From positions 251,846-315,845 of the forward strand of contig JAWKQQ010000008.1 of assembly GCA_041390065.1 (NCBI GenBank): a stretch of 64,000 nucleotides of DNA. Reading direction: 5' to 3'. Made by a program: the position numbers and the translations under genes. This stretch comes from Candidatus Krumholzibacteriia bacterium (GTDB lineage Bacteria > Krumholzibacteriota > Krumholzibacteriia > LZORAL124-64-63). Below the pieces are notes generated by a model. That model was not told the origin of the DNA. It saw only the letters and a program-made list of their open reading frames with translations, and did no database searches. Shown here piece by piece: positions 60,952 through 64,000 of this stretch. Position 1 is the stretch's first letter. Every line of letters starts with the position of its first letter.

Positions 60952-61624
60952 TCAGGTGCGTTCCCGGGCCACCTGGGACCGCAGTTCTTCCTTGTACTCG
61001 GACGGGAAGACCTCGCCCTTGCAGATCCACACCTTCACGCCGATGGCACCGTACGCGGAGCGGCCGGTGGCCGTGCCGTAGTCGATGTCGGCCCGCAGGG
61101 TGTGCAGGGGCACGCTTCCCTCGGCATAGCTCTCGACGCGGGCCATCTCGGCGCCGCCGAGTCGGCCGGCCGCCCGCACGCGGATGCCCTTGGCGCCCAT
61201 GCGCATGGCCGTCTGGATCGCCTTCTTCATCGCCTGTCGGAGCTCACCCGGCCGGCCAGCTGCACGGCGATGTGCTCGGCCACCAGGGTGGCGCACAGCT
61301 CGGGCTTCTTCACTCGTCCACATCCAGCTTGATCTTCTTGCCGGTGAGCTTCTCGAGCTCCTGGCGCGAGCTCTCGGCCTGGGCGCCGCGACGGCCGATG
61401 ACCACGCCGGGACGGCTGGTGGCGACGATGACGTTCACGCGCTCGCGGAACCGCTTGATCCGGATCTCGGCGATGCCGGCGCTGCCGACACGGGCCTGCA
61501 CGTACTTGCGGATCTTGACGTCCTCGGCCAGCCAGTCAGCGAAGTGCTTCTGGGTGAACCAGGTCGAGCTCCAGTCCTTGACGATTCCGACGCGGAATCC
61601 GATCGGATGTGTTTTCTGACCCAT
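60952..61624 (-). CDS. rpsC: 30S ribosomal protein S3 (two apparent 1-nt deletions near 61313 and 61240)
   Basis: N-terminal 104 aa in ORF 61310..61624. The conserved middle part ([24 protein letters not shown]) is only readable in a third frame. The C-terminal part (..[21 protein letters not shown]..) is in the frame of ORF 60952..61323. Confidence 0.85.
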
Positions 61625-61706
61625 GGTCGTCCTTCCTCGGCGTCGCGGTCCGCAGTCCGCGCCGCACGTGAACTCTACTCGCCGGCCGACGCGGCCGGCC
61701 TTGCCA

Positions 61707-62054
61707 TCAGTCGAGCGTCTCCACCGTCACCTTGATGTGACTCGTGCGCTTGTTGATCCGGTACGCCCGGCCCTGGGCCCGCGGCCGGATACGCTTGAGG
61801 GTCGGGCCCTCGTCGATCCGGATCTCGGACACCAGCAGGGCCTCATGGGACAGGTCGGTCGACCTGTCGTTCAGCACCTGAGCGTTGGCGGCCGCCGAGA
61901 GGATGGCCTTGCGCAGGATGGGCGAGGCCTTCTTGGGCGTCAGCGCCAGGATGTTCAGCGCATCCTGGACGGTCTTGCCGCGCACGAGGTCGGCCACCAG
62001 GCGCGTCTTGCGGGGCGAAACCCGGATGAAGCGGGCAACTGCCATGGCTTGCAT
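61707..62054 (-). CDS. rplV: 50S ribosomal protein L22
   Basis: Typical L22 sequence. Confidence 0.95.
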   Translation of the reverse strand: MQAMAVARFIRVSPRKTRLVADLVRGKTVQDALNILALTPKKASPILRKAILSAAANAQVLNDRSTDLSHEALLVSEIRIDEGPTLKRIRPRAQGRAYRINKRTSHIKVTVETLD

Positions 62055-62071
62055 GTCTCATCTCCTCCGGG

Positions 62072-62341
62072 CTACTTCTTCTTCTTGCTGGTATGTCCGC
62101 GGTAGGTCCGCGTGGGCGCGAACTCGCCGAACTTGTGCCCCACCATGTTCTCCTGGACGTAGACGGGCACGAACTGCTTGCCGTTGTGCACGGCGATCGT
62201 GTGTCCGAGGAACTCCGGGAGAACGGTCGAACGCCGGGACCAGGTCTTGACGACCCGCTTCTCGCTATTCGCGTTGAGGGCGTCCACCTTCTTGAGCAGG
62301 TGCTCGTCGACGAACGGGCCCTTCTTGATCGAACGACTCAT
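62072..62341 (-). CDS. rpsS: 30S ribosomal protein S19
   Basis: Typical S19 sequence. Confidence 0.95.
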   Translation of the reverse strand: MSRSIKKGPFVDEHLLKKVDALNANSEKRVVKTWSRRSTVLPEFLGHTIAVHNGKQFVPVYVQENMVGHKFGEFAPTRTYRGHTSKKKK

Positions 62342-62400
62342 GCCTCAGTCTTCCTCCGTCAGACGGTGACGCCGGGTGGCCGGCCTCGCCGGTCGCCTCA

Positions 62401-63231
62401 CTACTTGCTCTTGCGCCGGCGCACGATGAACGTGTCGGACGGCTGCTTCTTGCGGGTCTTGTAACCCTTGGTGGGCTTGCCCCACGGTGTGCTGGGATGA
62501 CGGCCGCCGCTCGTGCGACCCTCGCCACCGCCATGCGGGTGATCGATCGGGTTCATGGCCACGCCGCGGACCTTGGGCCGCTTGCCGAGCCAGCGGCTGC
62601 GACCCGCCTTGCCGCTCACGATGTTCTCGTGCTCGGAGTTGCCGACCTCGCCGATCGTCGCGTAGCAGTTGCGGTGCACCATGCGCACCTCACCCGAGGG
62701 GATGCGCAGCGTGACCCGCTCGCCTTCCTTGGCCATCACCTGGGCATAGGCGCCGGCCGAGCGGACCATCTGCCCGCCCTTGCCGATCTGCAGCTCCACG
62801 TTGTGGACCAGCGTGCCCAGCGGGATGCGCGCCAGCGGCAGGGCGTTGCCGACGTTGAACGGCGCGTCCGGCCCGGCCACGACCTCGCTGCCCACCTCCA
62901 GGCCCTTGGCCCAGAGGATGTAGCGCTTCTCGCCGTCCGCGTAGTGCAGCAGGGCGATGCGGGCGCTGCGGTTCGGGTCGTACTCGATGGCCGCCACCTT
63001 GGCCGGCACCTCGAGCTTGTTGTGCCGCTTGAAGTCGATCTTGCGGTAGCGACGCTTGTGGCCGCCGCCGCGCCGACGCGACGTGATCCGGCCCATGTTG
63101 TTGCGGCCGCCCGACTTCGTCAGCGGCTCGAGCAACGACTTCTCGGGCTCGGTCTTGGTGACCTCGGCGAAGTCCGCCACGGTGCGGAACCGTTGCACGG
63201 GCGTCGTCGGTTTGAGCTTCCTGATCGCCAT
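62401..63231 (-). CDS. rplB: 50S ribosomal protein L2
   Basis: Start at [11 protein letters not shown]. Confidence 0.95.
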   Translation of the reverse strand: MAIRKLKPTTPVQRFRTVADFAEVTKTEPEKSLLEPLTKSGGRNNMGRITSRRRGGGHKRRYRKIDFKRHNKLEVPAKVAAIEYDPNRSARIALLHYADGEKRYILWAKGLEVGSEVVAGPDAPFNVGNALPLARIPLGTLVHNVELQIGKGGQMVRSAGAYAQVMAKEGERVTLRIPSGEVRMVHRNCYATIGEVGNSEHENIVSGKAGRSRWLGKRPKVRGVAMNPIDHPHGGGEGRTSGGRHPSTPWGKPTKGYKTRKKQPSDTFIVRRRKSK

Positions 63232-63330
63232 GTTCCCTGTCTCCTTCAACCTGGCGGCTGGTTCGCCGCCAGCCCGTCTTCGCAGCCGACCCGGGGTCGG
63301 CTATACAACGTCGGACCGCCTCGCCGCGGG

Positions 63331-63621
63331 TCAGACCTGATCGAAGAGATCGATCGAGTCGCCCTTGGCCAGGGTCACGATGGCCTTCTTCCAGTCGGCG
63401 CGCTTGCCCTCGAACCGGCCGAGGCGCTTGACCTTGCCCAGCACGTTCATGGTGCGCACGTCGGTCACCTTCACGCCGAAGTAGTGCTCGATGGCCTGCC
63501 GGATCTCGTGCTTGTTGGCGTCCGGATGGACCTCGAAGATGAACTTGTTGTCGCGCTCGCGCAGGCGGGCGAAACGCTCGGTCACCAGCGGCTTGCGGAC
63601 GACCTGGCTCAGGTCCTTCAT
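63331..63621 (-). CDS. rplW: 50S ribosomal protein L23
   Basis: Typical L23 sequence. Confidence 0.95.
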   Translation of the reverse strand: MKDLSQVVRKPLVTERFARLRERDNKFIFEVHPDANKHEIRQAIEHYFGVKVTDVRTMNVLGKVKRLGRFEGKRADWKKAIVTLAKGDSIDLFDQV

Positions 63622-64000
63622 GCGAACACCTCCTCGGCCTTGCTCAGGGCCGACTGCGTGAACACCAGGTTGTCGGCCCAGAGGATGGTGTAGGCGTTCA
63701 GCTCGTGGCTCCGCAGGACGCGGACGCCGCCGAGGTTCCGCACGCTCTTGAAGAGGACCTCGGATTCGTTCGGCAGCACCACCAGCGTGTGCCGGCCTTC
63801 GAGGGCCATCTTGCGCAGCAGCTCGGCCATCGTCTTGGTCTTGGGGGCCTCCATCTGGAAGTCCTCGACCACGGCGATCCGGGCCGCGGCGGCACGGTCG
63901 CTGAGCGCCGACTTCAGCGCCAGGCGCTTGATCTTGCGCGGCAGCGTGTAGCTGTAGTCGCGCGGGTGCGGGCCGTGTGCGCGGCCGCCGCCGACGCGGC
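63618..64000 (-). CDS. rplD: 50S ribosomal protein L4 (partial, 5' end outside window)
   Basis: The frame is open to the window edge. Manual translation ..GGGRAHGPHPRDYSYTLPRKIKRLALKSAL.. continues into MVEDFQMEAPKTK... Confidence 0.9.
   Translation of the reverse strand, partial: RVGGGRAHGPHPRDYSYTLPRKIKRLALKSALSDRAAAARIAVVEDFQMEAPKTKTMAELLRKMALEGRHTLVVLPNESEVLFKSVRNLGGVRVLRSHELNAYTILWADNLVFTQSALSKAEEVFA

Overview
Overview: a high-GC (~70%) bacterial window, densely coding, with most genes on the minus strand. Many six-frame ORFs are antisense shadows typical of high-GC DNA; calls below are based on recognisable protein families. Sequence quality: at least eight apparent single-base frameshifts split housekeeping genes, including essential ones (secY, rpsC x2, mrp x2, metG, a CerR-like reductase, a lipoprotein). 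The assembly probably carries indel errors, so gene models here need care. Gene content, in order: (1) a minus-strand block (1-9429) with a hemerythrin fragment, a UshA-like 5'-nucleotidase, three outer-membrane beta-barrels (one PorP/SprF-like, one with a ComEA-like HhH domain) and a lamin-tail-domain (LTD) repeat protein with a T9SS type-B-like C-terminal domain (CTD); (2) a sulfatase-family protein, Mrp/ApbC, a NUDIX hydrolase, a STAS protein and a MEMO1-AMMECR1 fusion; (3) a putative bacterial ceramide/sphingolipid operon: spt, a GNAT acyltransferase (bCerS-like), an NAD-dependent reductase (CerR-like) and a PAP2 head-group transferase candidate; (4) FmdB Zn-ribbon, metG, a sugar transferase, mgtC, and an oadGAB Na+-pumping decarboxylase operon with an M29 aminopeptidase; (5) a sigma54-type two-component system whose kinase has an FG-GAP beta-propeller sensor, next to a secreted FG-GAP/CTD protein; (6) an M23 peptidase; (7) a candidate selenoprotein: signal peptide, thioredoxin-like W-U-G-Y-C motif with an in-frame UGA, an fdhF-like SECIS hairpin, and a T9SS CTD; (8) a GldA / GldF-GldG / DUF4340 ABC transporter and fabH; (9) tandem paralogous GH32-like beta-propeller / T9SS-CTD proteins; (10) acyltransferase-3; (11) 49.8-64 kb holds a partial S10 operon plus complete spc and alpha ribosomal-protein operons (rplD to rplQ, including secY, map, infA, rpmJ, rpoA), with no adk between secY and map. 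Ribosomal protein S5 has a Gly/Arg-rich N-terminal extension. T9SS-type CTDs, PorP/SprF-like and GldAFG-like genes suggest an FCB-superphylum lineage (Gemmatimonadota-like, tentative). No rRNA, tRNA or CRISPR was found.
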